A DNA stretch of 64,000 nt from an uncultured Gammaproteobacteria bacterium (GTDB taxonomy: Bacteria; Patescibacteriota; Patescibacteriia; UBA10025; JAHIVO01), in NCBI GenBank assembly GCA_964628855.1, contig CAZVMV010000001.1, positions 11,813 to 75,812 of the forward strand, given 5' to 3'. Made by a program: the position numbers and the translations under genes. The notes under the pieces are model-generated. The model saw only the letters and a list, made by a program, of their open reading frames with translations, was not told where the DNA came from and did not search any database. Positions 18,973 through 28,327 of the stretch are shown in pieces (within the stretch, counting starts at the first letter, position 1; each line of letters starts with the position of its first letter).

Positions 18973-20370
18973 ATGCTCAGGATATTCAATACCATTTCCA
19001 GAAAAAAGGAGGACTTCAAGCCCCTGCATGACCGCCGGGTGACTTTTTACCATTGCGGACCGACGGTTTACTGGACCCAACATCTAGGCAATATGCGCGC
19101 CAATATCGCGGCTGATGTCGTCGTGCGGACTCTTGAGTATCTGGGCTATAAAGTAAAACTTGTACGAAATTACACTGACGTCGGACACCTGACCAGCGAT
19201 CAGGATGAGGGCGAGGACAAACTGGAAAAGGGCGCCCGCCGGGAACATACCACGCCCCAGGCCATTGCCCAGAAATACATCGACATATTCAACCACGACC
19301 TGGACCTGCTGAACGTCCGCCTGCCTGATGTACGTCCCCGTGCCAGTGAACAGATCGACGAAATCCAGGCAATGGTAACTGACCTGCTGAAAAAAGGTTA
19401 TGCATATGAAACAGACCTGGCCGTGTATTTCGACGTGACCAAGGCAAAAAATTACCACCAGCTTTCGCGACAAAAATCTGACGCCAACATTAACGAAGCG
19501 GGCAAGGGCACTGTCCATGACCCGTCCAAACGCCACCCGGCAGATTTTGCCCTGTGGTTTTTCAAGGCCGGAACCCATAAAAACGCCCTGCAGACCTGGC
19601 CCTCGCCTTTCCACTCTGTATTAGTGCATGACGGCGAAGGTTTCCCCGGCTGGCATATCGAGTGTTCGGTAATGTCTCAAAAATATTTGGGCGATACTCT
19701 CGATCTCCACATGGGCGGCGTAGAACACATCCCTGTGCACCATACGAACGAGATCGCACAATCTGAAGCGGCTACTGGCAAACCATTCGTCAGGTACTGG
19801 CTGCATAATGAACACCTGACCGTTGACGGCGGAAAGATGGCGAAATCAGAAGGCACTTCCTATACCCTGCAAGATATTTCAGAAAAAGGCTTTGCCCCAC
19901 TGGCATTCCGGTATTTTTGCCTGGGTGCACAATACAGGTCGAAAATTAATTTCACCTGGGACGCACTGAAGGGAGCGCAAAACGCCTACGAAAACTTATT
20001 GGCCATAACCGCCAACCTGGGCGAACCTGCCCAGAAAGGTTGTGAAAAATTTGAACAGGCTTTTAATGATGCCCTGACTGACGATTTTAATTCTGCCAAA
20101 GCCCTTTCTGTGGTCTGGGACATGTTACGATCAGACAACCCTCCTGCCGAGAAAAAAGCCTCCTTGCTGAAATTTGACGAAGTCCTAGGTTTGAAGCTTG
20201 CCGATGCAAAACCAATCGTCGTCCCGGATGAAATCAAATCGCTGGTAGCCGAGCGAGAACTGGCGCGCAAAGAAAAGAACTGGGCCAAGTCGGATGAATT
20301 ACGGGATCAAATCACCAAGCTTGGTTATAAAGTTGAGGACACTGCAGCCGGACCGGTAGTAAAAAAATAG
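18973..20370 (+). CDS. cysS: cysteine--tRNA ligase
   Basis: 465 aa. HIGH-region CGPTVY..HLGN, KMAKSEG (KMSKS), WHIECS zinc site. Confidence 0.95.
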   Translation: MLRIFNTISRKKEDFKPLHDRRVTFYHCGPTVYWTQHLGNMRANIAADVVVRTLEYLGYKVKLVRNYTDVGHLTSDQDEGEDKLEKGARREHTTPQAIAQKYIDIFNHDLDLLNVRLPDVRPRASEQIDEIQAMVTDLLKKGYAYETDLAVYFDVTKAKNYHQLSRQKSDANINEAGKGTVHDPSKRHPADFALWFFKAGTHKNALQTWPSPFHSVLVHDGEGFPGWHIECSVMSQKYLGDTLDLHMGGVEHIPVHHTNEIAQSEAATGKPFVRYWLHNEHLTVDGGKMAKSEGTSYTLQDISEKGFAPLAFRYFCLGAQYRSKINFTWDALKGAQNAYENLLAITANLGEPAQKGCEKFEQAFNDALTDDFNSAKALSVVWDMLRSDNPPAEKKASLLKFDEVLGLKLADAKPIVVPDEIKSLVAERELARKEKNWAKSDELRDQITKLGYKVEDTAAGPVVKK

Positions 20371-20372
20371 TT

Positions 20373-20408
20373 TAAAAAAAATCAGAGGTAAGATACCTCT
20401 GATTTTTA
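20373..20408. terminator. bidirectional intrinsic terminator between convergent genes
   Basis: AAAAAAAA-ATCAGAGGTA-aga-TACCTCTGAT-TTTTATT. Confidence 0.8.
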
Positions 20409-20416
20409 TTTACTAA

Positions 20417-21856
20417 CTAATTTATTGAGCTGGTATTGAAATAATTGGCAAACGACTTGAACCAGGGTTGCTGAGCAGTTCTACTAAGATACCCTGTCGT
20501 ATATATATGGATTTTTGACGGGCTGTCATATTGGAAAAAAATTAATTCCAGGCTTTTATCCGCATTCACGTCAGCGGCCAGCACCTCGCTATAGCTGCTT
20601 GATTGGTAATTAATTGGAAAATTTTCCACATTATGACCTAAATAATCCCACGCAATCACCCGGTTGCTTTGTGCCAAAATTTCTAGCTTGCCATCAGCAT
20701 TAATGTCAGCCAAAGATGGCCGATAAAAATCTGAGGTAAAATATGTTTCATCGTACATGGGTATTGTACGCGTAATCTTGCCATCATGAGATATTATCAA
20801 TAAATTATGTCCCGAATCAAGCGAATTAGAAAACTTGTATACAATTTCTTTGTAACCGTCTCCATCAAGATCCCCAATAATTGGTTTAGAAGCGTCAGTG
20901 GTTTCAGTCAATACAGGCCAACCACTTACCGGTGTGCAATCGTCGTTAAAGGCATATAGCCCATCATCGACTCCCTCGATACTCGTAACACTAAACACGA
21001 GTTCTTTTTTACCATCTTTGTCAATGTCATCGACAGAGACCTGTGACACACCCTGGCCGCTGTAATCCCCAATTGAATGAGGCCAACATCCAAACTTACT
21101 TCCGTCGCTATTATAAACACTAATCACGCTATGTGAGCCATATACGATCTCATTCGCGCCATTATTGTCCAGATCCGCGATGACTGCCTGATGAGACGGC
21201 CATTCTGAAGCTTGTGGCCAGCCGGTGAGTATATTACCTAGGCCGTCAAATACATATATTTTATGGTTTTGCCAGGAAACAGCGACTATTTCTGATTTAT
21301 TGTCTTTATTGACATCACCAACAGCCAGTGAATCTCCACCGACCATTGTTCCGATGTCTTTCGGCCAGCCATTCACAACTGTTCCGTCATGATTAAAAAC
21401 ATAGATGCGATCTTTGCCAGTTCCCCACCAGCGTCCAGTTGCGACAACAATTTCCGCCTGAGCGTCCTGATCCAAATCGGTTGCAGCACTAGCGCTCCAA
21501 ATAAAACTGTCATCACCAAACGTATAAGGCCATCCGGGCATCGTCCTGCCGTTATCATCATAGACATAGAGTTTATACCGAGCCCCTGCAACGATTTCCA
21601 GTTTGGCATCACTGTCCAAATTCACTGCCAACGGTGCATACTGGGAATACCAATCGATCGGCTTTGGCCAACCGGCCATTTCGGCAAATACCGGCTCGAC
21701 GGGTTCTGGCGCTGCAATAATTTTTGTTGGGGCAGGCGTAAATGCTGCGGCAGCGATTGTCGCACCAAGTCCAGCAAAAAATAGAATCCCGACAACGAGC
21801 TTAAGACCCACCTTTTGTTTTGTTTCAACTTGGGTGTCTGGTTGAAATTTTGCCAT
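20417..21856 (-). CDS. FG-GAP/VCBS repeat surface protein
   Basis: ORF 20417..21934, trimmed to MAKFQPDT at 21856. TM/signal anchor, then repeated D.D.D/NGxxEI FG-GAP-like units. Confidence 0.75.
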   Translation of the reverse strand: MAKFQPDTQVETKQKVGLKLVVGILFFAGLGATIAAAAFTPAPTKIIAAPEPVEPVFAEMAGWPKPIDWYSQYAPLAVNLDSDAKLEIVAGARYKLYVYDDNGRTMPGWPYTFGDDSFIWSASAATDLDQDAQAEIVVATGRWWGTGKDRIYVFNHDGTVVNGWPKDIGTMVGGDSLAVGDVNKDNKSEIVAVSWQNHKIYVFDGLGNILTGWPQASEWPSHQAVIADLDNNGANEIVYGSHSVISVYNSDGSKFGCWPHSIGDYSGQGVSQVSVDDIDKDGKKELVFSVTSIEGVDDGLYAFNDDCTPVSGWPVLTETTDASKPIIGDLDGDGYKEIVYKFSNSLDSGHNLLIISHDGKITRTIPMYDETYFTSDFYRPSLADINADGKLEILAQSNRVIAWDYLGHNVENFPINYQSSSYSEVLAADVNADKSLELIFFQYDSPSKIHIYTTGYLSRTAQQPWFKSFANYFNTSSIN

Positions 21857-21887
21857 ACTTCTTATATTAATGGTAAAAAATATGATT

Positions 21888-22502
21888 TTATTCCACCTCT
21901 TCCGTATACTGCCGCTTCTTCTTTTCCTGCGCACTGCCTTTGAACACCAGCATGGCCAGGACCGGGCCGACTATCCATAGTGATTGGGCAAAATCAGTGG
22001 TGAACACTTGGCGGGTCAGCGGGGCTAATACATTATTTACTGCCTCCCTCGGGAGGTAAGAAAGTATGATACTAACCAGCAAACCGACGTGTAAAATGCT
22101 AAAAATAAACACCTGCCACCACGGACCGGCTTTGTCTGAAGAGGCTATCGTCTTCATTAAAGCCGACCGGCTGATGATCAGGAAAAGCACGATGAACAGG
22201 AAGACAAAAGCCGAAATCTGGAAAACGAAAAATTGGCTCGTGACATTATTGATAGAGTGTTGGAAAGATTCTGACTTTAGAAACGGCGTATGTTCGACAA
22301 TGGCCAATGACATGTAAATGCTGACCAGGATGGTGATGATCCGGTCACGGCCAAGCGACAGGCCGTACAGGAACGCCGCCACGACGAAGAACAGGATGAT
22401 GAACAAATCCCAGGTTGGCCGGGTCCAATCGACATTCTGCATGAAATTGGTTGATTGGGCCGCGGTGTTGGTTACCTCTGCCGCCCAGGCGACTGGTATC
22501 AT
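21888..22502 (-). CDS. integral membrane protein, hypothetical
   Basis: 204 aa with about 5 hydrophobic helices. Confidence 0.6.
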   Translation of the reverse strand: MIPVAWAAEVTNTAAQSTNFMQNVDWTRPTWDLFIILFFVVAAFLYGLSLGRDRIITILVSIYMSLAIVEHTPFLKSESFQHSINNVTSQFFVFQISAFVFLFIVLFLIISRSALMKTIASSDKAGPWWQVFIFSILHVGLLVSIILSYLPREAVNNVLAPLTRQVFTTDFAQSLWIVGPVLAMLVFKGSAQEKKKRQYTEEVE

Positions 22503-22588
22503 ATGCTTTTGTTGGTGTTTTTATTCCCTCCACTATTAGTATATCATAAATCTTCCATTTTTTCAAGGTCAAATAAAAACCGAGCGGC

Positions 22589-23032
22589 CTAGCCACTCGG
22601 TGTCTTTTTGTGCAGGACAATGATTCTGCCAATTTCCCTGGTGTACATCTGGCCTCTCTCAGTCTGGCAAAGGATGGACTCGCCTTTCTTCAGCAGGCCG
22701 ACCAGTATCTTGCCGGCTTTGATGATGCCTAGGATCGGTACACGACTGAACGTCAGGTTGAAATGTTTGCCGAAAATGTCATGGGTAGCCAGCAAATTGA
22801 CCTGCTCGACCACCTGATCTTCGGTCAACTCGGTATTGATCGGCTGGCAGCCAATATGCAGGGCGCCCGTCTCGTTCTCAGCAATCACATACAACGTATG
22901 GCCGTGGTGGAACCCGGCCTTGGTAACCAGTATAATGCCCCGGTACTTCCCTCCAGACAGGCAGGAGACGTGGCAATCATCGGGATATTCTGCAGAAACT
23001 TTGTCTATGATCAGCCTTTCGATATTTTCCAA
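22589..23032 (-). CDS. hypothetical protein (147 aa)
   Basis: Clean ORF between annotated genes. No family recognised. Confidence 0.5.
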   Translation of the reverse strand: MENIERLIIDKVSAEYPDDCHVSCLSGGKYRGIILVTKAGFHHGHTLYVIAENETGALHIGCQPINTELTEDQVVEQVNLLATHDIFGKHFNLTFSRVPILGIIKAGKILVGLLKKGESILCQTERGQMYTREIGRIIVLHKKTPSG

Positions 23033-23108
23033 TAGACCCTCCTTCAGGAAAAATAAAAAGGACTAGCGCCAATATTACGCCAGTGAATGGATCTTGTCAA
23101 TTAATCAT

Positions 23109-24236
23109 TTACAGCCCGGTTTGCTGCAATTCCTCTAGTATTTTCTTCTGCTCACGGGACAAATGCGGCGGCGTCACGACCGTGACGGTAACCAGATGGT
23201 CACCGCGGCCGCGTGACCGCAGGTGGGGCACGCCTTTACCGCCAAGCTTGAAAACCTTGCCGGACTGCGTACCGGAAGGTATATGCAGCATCACCTCTCC
23301 GTCCAATGTCAGCACCGGAACTTTGGTGCCGAGCGCGGCCTGGGAAAAAGTGATGGAAATTTCGGAAATAATGTTGTCGCCTTCGCGCTTGAAATCACGG
23401 TCAGCCTTCACCCGCATGGTGATGTACAGGTCGCCGGCATGGGAACCGTGCGTGCCTGCTTCGCCCTTGCCTGACAGCCGGATGGTTTCACCGTCAGAAA
23501 TTCCGGCCGGGATCTCCACCTTAATTTTTTCAGTGGCCTTCACGCGGCCGCTGCCGCCGCACTCCTTGCATTTCTTGGATGCCTTCTTGCCCTCGCCCTG
23601 GCAGGTCGGGCAAACTCCGACGGACTGGAATGCTCCCAGGATAGTTTGCTGGACCTGACGAACCTGGCCAGAACCACCGCAAGTCGGACAGGTTTCGATC
23701 TTTGTCCCCGGCTCCGCCCCGTTGCCGTGGCAATGCGAACAGGTAGACAATTTGTACAGATCAACAATCTTCTCCACGCCGAAAACCGCTTCACGGAATT
23801 CTATGTTCATCTCAGTCTGGATGTCCCCGCCCTGCCTGGCGCGCTGGGCCCGTTTGGAACGGGATCCGCCGCCAAAACCGAACAGGTCGCCGAATACGTC
23901 GCCCAGGTCTCCAAAATCAAAATTTACATTCTGCCCCTGGAATCCTCCTGTGCTGCCTGCCCGCGCGAAATCGTCCCACGAGAATCCGCCTGCCCCGCCG
24001 CCAAAACCGCCCTGCCGCTGTGCCTGTTCGAAGGTCTGGCCGTACTGGTCGTATTGCTGGCGTTTCTGGGGATTGCTAAGGACCTGGTACGCTTCGTTAA
24101 TTTCCTTGAACTTCGCCTCATCACCGCCGGACTTGTCCGGGTGATGCTGGTGCGCCAGCGTGCGGTACGCTTTCTTTATTTCGTCTGCAGAAGCGCCTTT
24201 GGATATTCCTAATATATTATAGTAATCTTTAGACAT
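23109..24236 (-). CDS. dnaJ: molecular chaperone DnaJ
   Basis: J domain with HPD, a G/F-rich region, and four CxxCxGxG repeats ([32 protein letters not shown]). Confidence 0.95.
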   Translation of the reverse strand: MSKDYYNILGISKGASADEIKKAYRTLAHQHHPDKSGGDEAKFKEINEAYQVLSNPQKRQQYDQYGQTFEQAQRQGGFGGGAGGFSWDDFARAGSTGGFQGQNVNFDFGDLGDVFGDLFGFGGGSRSKRAQRARQGGDIQTEMNIEFREAVFGVEKIVDLYKLSTCSHCHGNGAEPGTKIETCPTCGGSGQVRQVQQTILGAFQSVGVCPTCQGEGKKASKKCKECGGSGRVKATEKIKVEIPAGISDGETIRLSGKGEAGTHGSHAGDLYITMRVKADRDFKREGDNIISEISITFSQAALGTKVPVLTLDGEVMLHIPSGTQSGKVFKLGGKGVPHLRSRGRGDHLVTVTVVTPPHLSREQKKILEELQQTGL

Positions 24237-24239
24237 ATT

Positions 24240-25280
24240 TTATAATGAGAACTTTTCTGCCTCCACCTGCACTTTTTTCAGCTGGAAAAATCCGACGGCG
24301 ATCATCATCTTGAACAGGAGGTAGCTAAGTATCGCGATAACTTCCCGGTAAATGATGTCAAACACGTTCAGCAGGAAAAAAATCGAGATGGCTAGCAATG
24401 CCGGTATAAACTTATAAAAATTGCCCAGATAACGGTCGGCATTGCGTCTCACAATTTTCTGGACGACGGCGTCCATCTTTTCATCTCCACTGGCCTCAAT
24501 TTTGAACGTATTCAGAAAACTGTCACGGGCTTCGTCCACAGCCACCTCTTCTGCGGCCGTAATGCCCTGCTGGATCACGTCATTGAGCTTCTCCTGGCCG
24601 ATGACCGATTTCACCTTTTCGCTCGACGGGGCAACGCCAATATTGTAAATAAACTCGTCTAAGGTCATCTGGGGGTCAAACTTGTCCTTGTAGTAGGTGT
24701 GCAGGATATTTTCCATGATTTTGGCGCTGTTGTCAACCAGCCGGTCGGAAAAAGCTGTAGTGCCGCCAGGCTGGCCGACCGTGAAACAGAAATAGCACAC
24801 CGATACTGACAGCAGCATCAGGGTTATGGTAGAGGTCAGGCCGACTTTGATGATGCGGCCGGCAGAAAACTTCAGCTGGTTTTCTACCTCGGTCGAAACT
24901 TGGCGGTGCCAAAATGCCCATGCAAATACTGACAAAGCATAAGCCAGCAGGCTCCAGAAGCTGAACGGGAAAAAAACCAAAATAGGTAGACTGACTATCA
25001 CTCCGGCCAGCGCCGCCAGCCAAAAGCGGCGGACAGCCACCATGACCATGCTCATGACACAGAACATCAGGCAGAAAAAAACTACAGGCACAATGACCGA
25101 CAGGATAGCCTTGGGGAGCGAATCGAAATCCAAGCCCTTGTCTAATGTCGCCCGCCACATCCACCAAAAAAGCGCCGAACCGATTGCCGCGAAAACCACG
25201 AGGCCGGCTATCTTCCCCATCGGCTGGGGCGGTACGAATGGTTCTGGTTTTTTTTCTTCTACTTTTTGTTCGACCCGCAT
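24240..25280 (-). CDS. integral membrane protein, hypothetical
   Basis: 346 aa with multiple TM helices. Its stop is 3 nt upstream of the dnaJ start, so the two are likely co-transcribed. Confidence 0.6.
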   Translation of the reverse strand: MRVEQKVEEKKPEPFVPPQPMGKIAGLVVFAAIGSALFWWMWRATLDKGLDFDSLPKAILSVIVPVVFFCLMFCVMSMVMVAVRRFWLAALAGVIVSLPILVFFPFSFWSLLAYALSVFAWAFWHRQVSTEVENQLKFSAGRIIKVGLTSTITLMLLSVSVCYFCFTVGQPGGTTAFSDRLVDNSAKIMENILHTYYKDKFDPQMTLDEFIYNIGVAPSSEKVKSVIGQEKLNDVIQQGITAAEEVAVDEARDSFLNTFKIEASGDEKMDAVVQKIVRRNADRYLGNFYKFIPALLAISIFFLLNVFDIIYREVIAILSYLLFKMMIAVGFFQLKKVQVEAEKFSL

Positions 25281-25287
25281 AATAGGC

Positions 25288-25316
25288 TTGACTTATTTAA
25301 CATATTTTGCTAATGT
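25288..25316 (+). promoter_or_regulatory. sigma70-type promoter of cassette 25360
   Basis: TTGACT, 17 nt spacer, TAATGT. Confidence 0.5.
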
Positions 25317-25359
25317 ATACGGAGTTTAATTGAAAGATCTTTTTTGTAGGAGGATACAA

Positions 25360-25608
25360 ATGGTCAGTCAAGAATTCGTGATGGCGAAGCTTCATGAGCA
25401 GGCGCGCTGGAAAACTTTGCCGATAATGTGCACTAGCACGCTTGATGGACAGGTTTCTGTCGGCGTAATCGTAACCGTAAGTCCGTTCAACCTCTGGATC
25501 CCGCTGGAACAAGTGCGGGAAGAAGACTTCTCGCCCCGTACTACCACCATTGATCCGGCTATCGAACGGGAACTCATCCGGCGTTATGCCAAGAATTCCG
25601 CTGCCTGA
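25360..25608 (+). CDS. small hypothetical protein (82 aa)
   Basis: ORF 25330..25608. The ATG at 25360 is preceded by GTAGGAGGATACAA. It has its own promoter and terminator. Confidence 0.5.
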   Translation: MVSQEFVMAKLHEQARWKTLPIMCTSTLDGQVSVGVIVTVSPFNLWIPLEQVREEDFSPRTTTIDPAIERELIRRYAKNSAA

Positions 25609-25632
25609 GCCGTCGACTCCGTCGCAACACAT

Positions 25633-25665
25633 GCCGTTCCTGAAATATGGGACGGCTCTTTTTTT
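25633..25665 (+). terminator. intrinsic terminator
   Basis: GCCGTTCC-tgaaatat-GGGACGGC followed by TCTTTTTTT. Confidence 0.7.
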
Positions 25666-25960
25666 ATGCCGTTTTGAATCCAATTTCACCGGTCGAGGGC
25701 GCGTCGGCCTCCTTTATCGTGCCGAACTGCGTCTCGTATTTCTTGATATTGTCCTGCAGGGCGAGGTAGATGCGTTTCATGTGTCCGGGGCTGGTAATGA
25801 CGCGACTAGTGACCACGCCGGTTCGCTGGAAAGGGTACACGTTCATGAAATCAATGGTGAATTCCTCCTTAGTATGGGATACTCCCATCGCGTTCGCATA
25901 GACGCCCTTCAGGGTGGCGTCGTCTATCTTGATGTTGATCTGCTGTTGTTGTTCAGTCAT
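25664..25960 (-). CDS. DUF3467 family protein
   Basis: 98 aa. ...GVYANAMGVSHTKEEFTIDFMNVYP... is the characteristic DUF3467 core. Confidence 0.7.
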   Translation of the reverse strand: MTEQQQQINIKIDDATLKGVYANAMGVSHTKEEFTIDFMNVYPFQRTGVVTSRVITSPGHMKRIYLALQDNIKKYETQFGTIKEADAPSTGEIGFKTA

Positions 25961-26021
25961 ATATATTTGTTATTAATTAATACTATAATGATATCTTTTT
26001 TTAGGCTATTTGTGAATGCGC

Positions 26022-26049
26022 TTGACTGGCACGGACCAAAGAGTAAACT
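26022..26049 (+). promoter_or_regulatory. sigma70-type promoter of the 43-aa cassette
   Basis: TTGACT, 16 nt spacer, TAAACT. Confidence 0.45.
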
Positions 26050-26085
26050 AACCCTATTACCGCCCTTCAAAACAGGAGGAATCAC

Positions 26086-26217
26086 ATGGAAATCCAAATT
26101 CCCGATAACGCCTGGCTGCTTCTGCTCTTGCTCTTGGCTTTTGCCGGTGGACTGACATGGTTCATGCGGATGATCAAAGGCATGGACAATACAGACCATG
26201 CCAAACCCAAACAATAG
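26086..26217 (+). CDS. small single-pass membrane protein (43 aa)
   Basis: Below the ORF-track size cutoff. AACAGGAGGAATCAC-ATG gives MEIQIPDNAWLLLLLLLAFAGGLTWFMRMIKGMDNTDHAKPKQ. A terminator follows directly. Confidence 0.5.
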   Translation: MEIQIPDNAWLLLLLLLAFAGGLTWFMRMIKGMDNTDHAKPKQ

Positions 26218-26239
26218 CCGGCAGCGGCAAACCCACATT

Positions 26240-26263
26240 GACCCGGACACACACGGGTCTTTT
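26240..26263 (+). terminator. intrinsic terminator
   Basis: GACCCG-gacacaca-CGGGTC followed by TTTTATT. Confidence 0.7.
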
Positions 26264-26267
26264 ATTA

Positions 26268-26296
26268 TTGACAAACACGGTGGCAGGGTTTAGGCT
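26268..26296 (+). promoter_or_regulatory. sigma70-type promoter of cassette 26344
   Basis: TTGACA, 17 nt spacer, TAGGCT. It starts 5 nt after the preceding T-run. Confidence 0.5.
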
Positions 26297-26343
26297 GAAA
26301 AAAAGCCAAAAAACTATCCGCACATTCCAACTGGAGGGAAGTC

Positions 26344-26580
26344 ATGGAATCAAGAACCTACAAACTGGTCAGCTGGACCGCCGAAAACCGCGTGGTCACA
26401 ATCGTCACCGACGCCGAACCGATCACCATCACCAGGGAACAGGTCGAAACCAGCGCGGTATTGCTGATGCCGAGCGACCAGGAACGGTCTGTCGTCGTCG
26501 ACGCGAAAGGCGCCACGGTCGTCAGCCATCTCGGCGACCTATCGGGCATGCGTTTCGGGCTCGGCCTGCCGACTGATTAA
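26344..26580 (+). CDS. small hypothetical protein (78 aa)
   Basis: ORF track. SD CTGGAGGGAAGTC-ATG. Confidence 0.55.
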   Translation: MESRTYKLVSWTAENRVVTIVTDAEPITITREQVETSAVLLMPSDQERSVVVDAKGATVVSHLGDLSGMRFGLGLPTD

Positions 26581-26605
26581 CCGATCGTATATTTTCATGC
26601 GATCC

Positions 26606-26635
26606 ATCTCGCCCCACCAGGCGAGATTTTTATTT
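26606..26635 (+). terminator. intrinsic terminator
   Basis: ATCTCGCC-ccacca-GGCGAGAT followed by TTTTTATTT. It overlaps the 3' end of the convergent HD gene. Confidence 0.75.
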
Positions 26636-27184
26636 ATCCAGGTGTTTTGTCTTCATTTGCCTCAGTAATTCGCGCGCCTCGGCCACCATCGGATGGTCCC
26701 AGCCGGTGGCGCAGGATTTCACGAGTTGCTCATATTTCCAAAAAGCTCTTTGCGGCTCATGCGATTGGAAATAATTTATTTGGCTTTGGCGATGCTCATC
26801 ATCGGCAAACAGGGTCAACTGGTGGATGACATCGGCAAGTTTGATGGCCTTGATTTCCGGTGAAGCTTGCGCGGCATTGTCCTGCATGATTTTCTGACGC
26901 TCCGGCCATGGGATGGACTGGTCGACTGTTTCGGCTTTGACCAATTCGGCCACATGAGAGCCAAAACGTTTTTCCACGTCAGCCAGTTCTGCCTGTGTAT
27001 CTTCGACAATGTCATGAAGGATACCGGCAATCACCACATCCTCCGGGAACCCATAACGCATTAGCACTGCCCCGACAAAACTGACATGGGCTATCTGATG
27101 GTGCTCGTCATTATATTTGTACCGCTGATTGTGGTGCATGATGGCGGCGTATTCGAATGCGTTGTTTATCCTTCGATAATCCAT
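26630..27184 (-). CDS. HD-domain (p)ppGpp hydrolase-like protein (RelA/SpoT HD fold, small alarmone hydrolase-like)
   Basis: 184 aa. ...HHNQRYK...HVSFVGAVL...IAGILHDIVEDT...FG..VAELV...KLADVIHQL matches the order of SpoT-type HD motifs. Confidence 0.7.
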   Translation of the reverse strand: MDYRRINNAFEYAAIMHHNQRYKYNDEHHQIAHVSFVGAVLMRYGFPEDVVIAGILHDIVEDTQAELADVEKRFGSHVAELVKAETVDQSIPWPERQKIMQDNAAQASPEIKAIKLADVIHQLTLFADDEHRQSQINYFQSHEPQRAFWKYEQLVKSCATGWDHPMVAEARELLRQMKTKHLDK

Positions 27185-27185
27185 A

Positions 27186-27214
27186 TTTGACGATGAGATA
27201 CTATTCCTTTATCA
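27186..27214 (+). promoter_or_regulatory. sigma70-type promoter of ORF-less unit 1
   Basis: TTGACG, 17 nt spacer, TATCAT. It is divergent from the HD gene start. Confidence 0.45.
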
Positions 27215-27219
27215 TTATC

Positions 27220-27437
27220 TCACGTTCCTTCCCCGCATTCCAGCTGTAATCCCAAGCAGTGTCCAGAATGCACCTCGCACGATCCTCGTGTCAGGACCAG
27301 GTCGCCCACAGCTCACTTCATCGGGCGTACCGAGATGTGCTCTACCATGGTCGGGGCGTGCTTACCAAGCGTCCTGGCCAACTAAGTATTTCATTATCCT
27401 GGGCCTGTCTCTTTCCGAGAGACGGGCCGTTTTTTTA
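27220..27437 (+). ncRNA. candidate small RNA 1 (about 215 nt; 5' end estimated)
   Basis: Promoter as above and a strong terminator GGCCT-GTCTCT-ttccg-AGAGAC-GGGCC plus TTTTTTT (27400-27437). No SD-preceded ORF. The only long ORF (27259..27471) reads through the terminator. Internal hairpins include CACGA-tcc-TCGTG. Confidence 0.45.
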
Positions 27438-27444
27438 TCCTGCG

Positions 27445-27473
27445 CTTGACACGACATTTATCAGGTGTTAACA
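27445..27473 (+). promoter_or_regulatory. sigma70-type promoter of cassette 27521
   Basis: TTGACA, 17 nt spacer, TAACAT. Confidence 0.5.
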
Positions 27474-27520
27474 TGCTATGAAAATCAAATGGCACATTCC
27501 ATTTTTACTGGAGGTATAAA

Positions 27521-27721
27521 TTGAAAATACGGATTGACACCCGCACCCTGGGGGACAAAAACGAGGATTTGGCGCATAACCTGGCCGTTCTCACACAGCG
27601 CCCGATCGAACCCCAGCCGATGGCAGAAGGCGAATACAGCCTGACTTTCGACATAATCGGCGGCGACGATTCAGACCTGGCCGCTATACTGGCATCAGGA
27701 TTTACGGCTTTCAAAGCTTGA
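27521..27721 (+). CDS. small hypothetical protein (66 aa, TTG start)
   Basis: ORF track. CTGGAGGTATAAA-TTG. Confidence 0.5.
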   Translation: MKIRIDTRTLGDKNEDLAHNLAVLTQRPIEPQPMAEGEYSLTFDIIGGDDSDLAAILASGFTAFKA

Positions 27722-27747
27722 ACCGACACGCCTCCTCCCAGATGTGA

Positions 27748-27777
27748 CCGGCGCTCACAGCGGTGCCGGTTTTTTTA
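27748..27777 (+). terminator. intrinsic terminator
   Basis: CCGGCGC...GCGGTGCCGG hairpin followed by TTTTTTTATCC. Confidence 0.65.
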
Positions 27778-27797
27778 TCCACCCCGAAATGGCCAAA

Positions 27798-27827
27798 TTG
27801 TCATTGACTAAACGACTAGTATATAAT
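27798..27827 (+). promoter_or_regulatory. sigma70-type promoter of cassette 27874
   Basis: TTGTCA, 18 nt spacer, TATAAT. The TTGACT at 27804 is only 12 nt from the -10 box and was therefore not used. Confidence 0.5.
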
Positions 27828-27873
27828 AAAATCAATCAATTCTTGAATTGGTCATGATAGGAGGTTTATAACC

Positions 27874-28152
27874 ATGTACCTTTTGCACTGGGATAGCGCG
27901 AGCAACAACTTTGGCGATATTGCCATTGTTGAATGCGTTGAGGCCCCGTCTGCAGCCGACTACACTGACGACGGGAAAAGGACGTACATTGCCGGCCAAC
28001 GTTACAATGCGCAGAAACTGCACACCTTCGGCGACGGATGGATCGTCGCACTCGTCATTGAGGGCAATGAGTACACCGGATTCACCTTTTCAACGAGTGA
28101 ATTCAGCCAGTTTTTCAAGGTCGTCGAAAAAAGAAACGTCAAGGCGGCCTGA
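27874..28152 (+). CDS. small hypothetical protein (92 aa)
   Basis: ORF track. GATAGGAGGTTTATAACC-ATG. Confidence 0.55.
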   Translation: MYLLHWDSASNNFGDIAIVECVEAPSAADYTDDGKRTYIAGQRYNAQKLHTFGDGWIVALVIEGNEYTGFTFSTSEFSQFFKVVEKRNVKAA

Positions 28153-28181
28153 CGACAACTCCCCAACCTGTTCACGATGCG

Positions 28182-28208
28182 ACCGACGCACTCAGCGTCG
28201 GTTTTTTT
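28182..28208 (+). terminator. intrinsic terminator (CCGACGC hairpin family)
   Basis: ACCGACGC-actca-GCGTCGGT followed by TTTTTTATCC. Confidence 0.8.
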
Positions 28209-28240
28209 ATCCGAACCTCAGCAAAATTCCATGTACAGTA

Positions 28241-28269
28241 TTGACTCAAAATGTTAAATGCTATAGACT
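28241..28269 (+). promoter_or_regulatory. sigma70-type promoter of cassette 28328
   Basis: TTGACT, 17 nt spacer, TAGACT. Confidence 0.5.
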
Positions 28270-28327
28270 GTCTACTCCAGTACCACGGATAGTACCTTCA
28301 TCACCAACCTTTCAAGGAGGCATTTTC

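Noticed and set aside
25297-25689. 130-aa minus-strand ORF overlapping cassette gene 25360..25608.
   Set aside because: It overlaps the 3' end of the DUF3467 gene and the plus-strand terminator. The plus-strand alternative has a promoter, a GGAGG RBS and a terminator.
27186-27437. Attempt to identify sRNA 1 as SRP RNA, 6S, tmRNA or RNase P RNA.
   Set aside because: GTCAGGACCAGG superficially resembles the SRP helix-8 GUCAGGUCCGGAAGGAAGCAGC, but the GGAA tetraloop and AGCAGC are missing. There is no tRNA-like T arm (tmRNA) and no GAGGAAAGUCC box (RNase P). 6S cannot be judged from sequence. It is left unassigned.
27259-27471. 70-aa plus-strand ORF inside candidate sRNA 1.
   Set aside because: It has a GTG start without an SD. 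It reads straight through an 11-bp-stem/T7 terminator and the next promoter. It is implausible as a gene.
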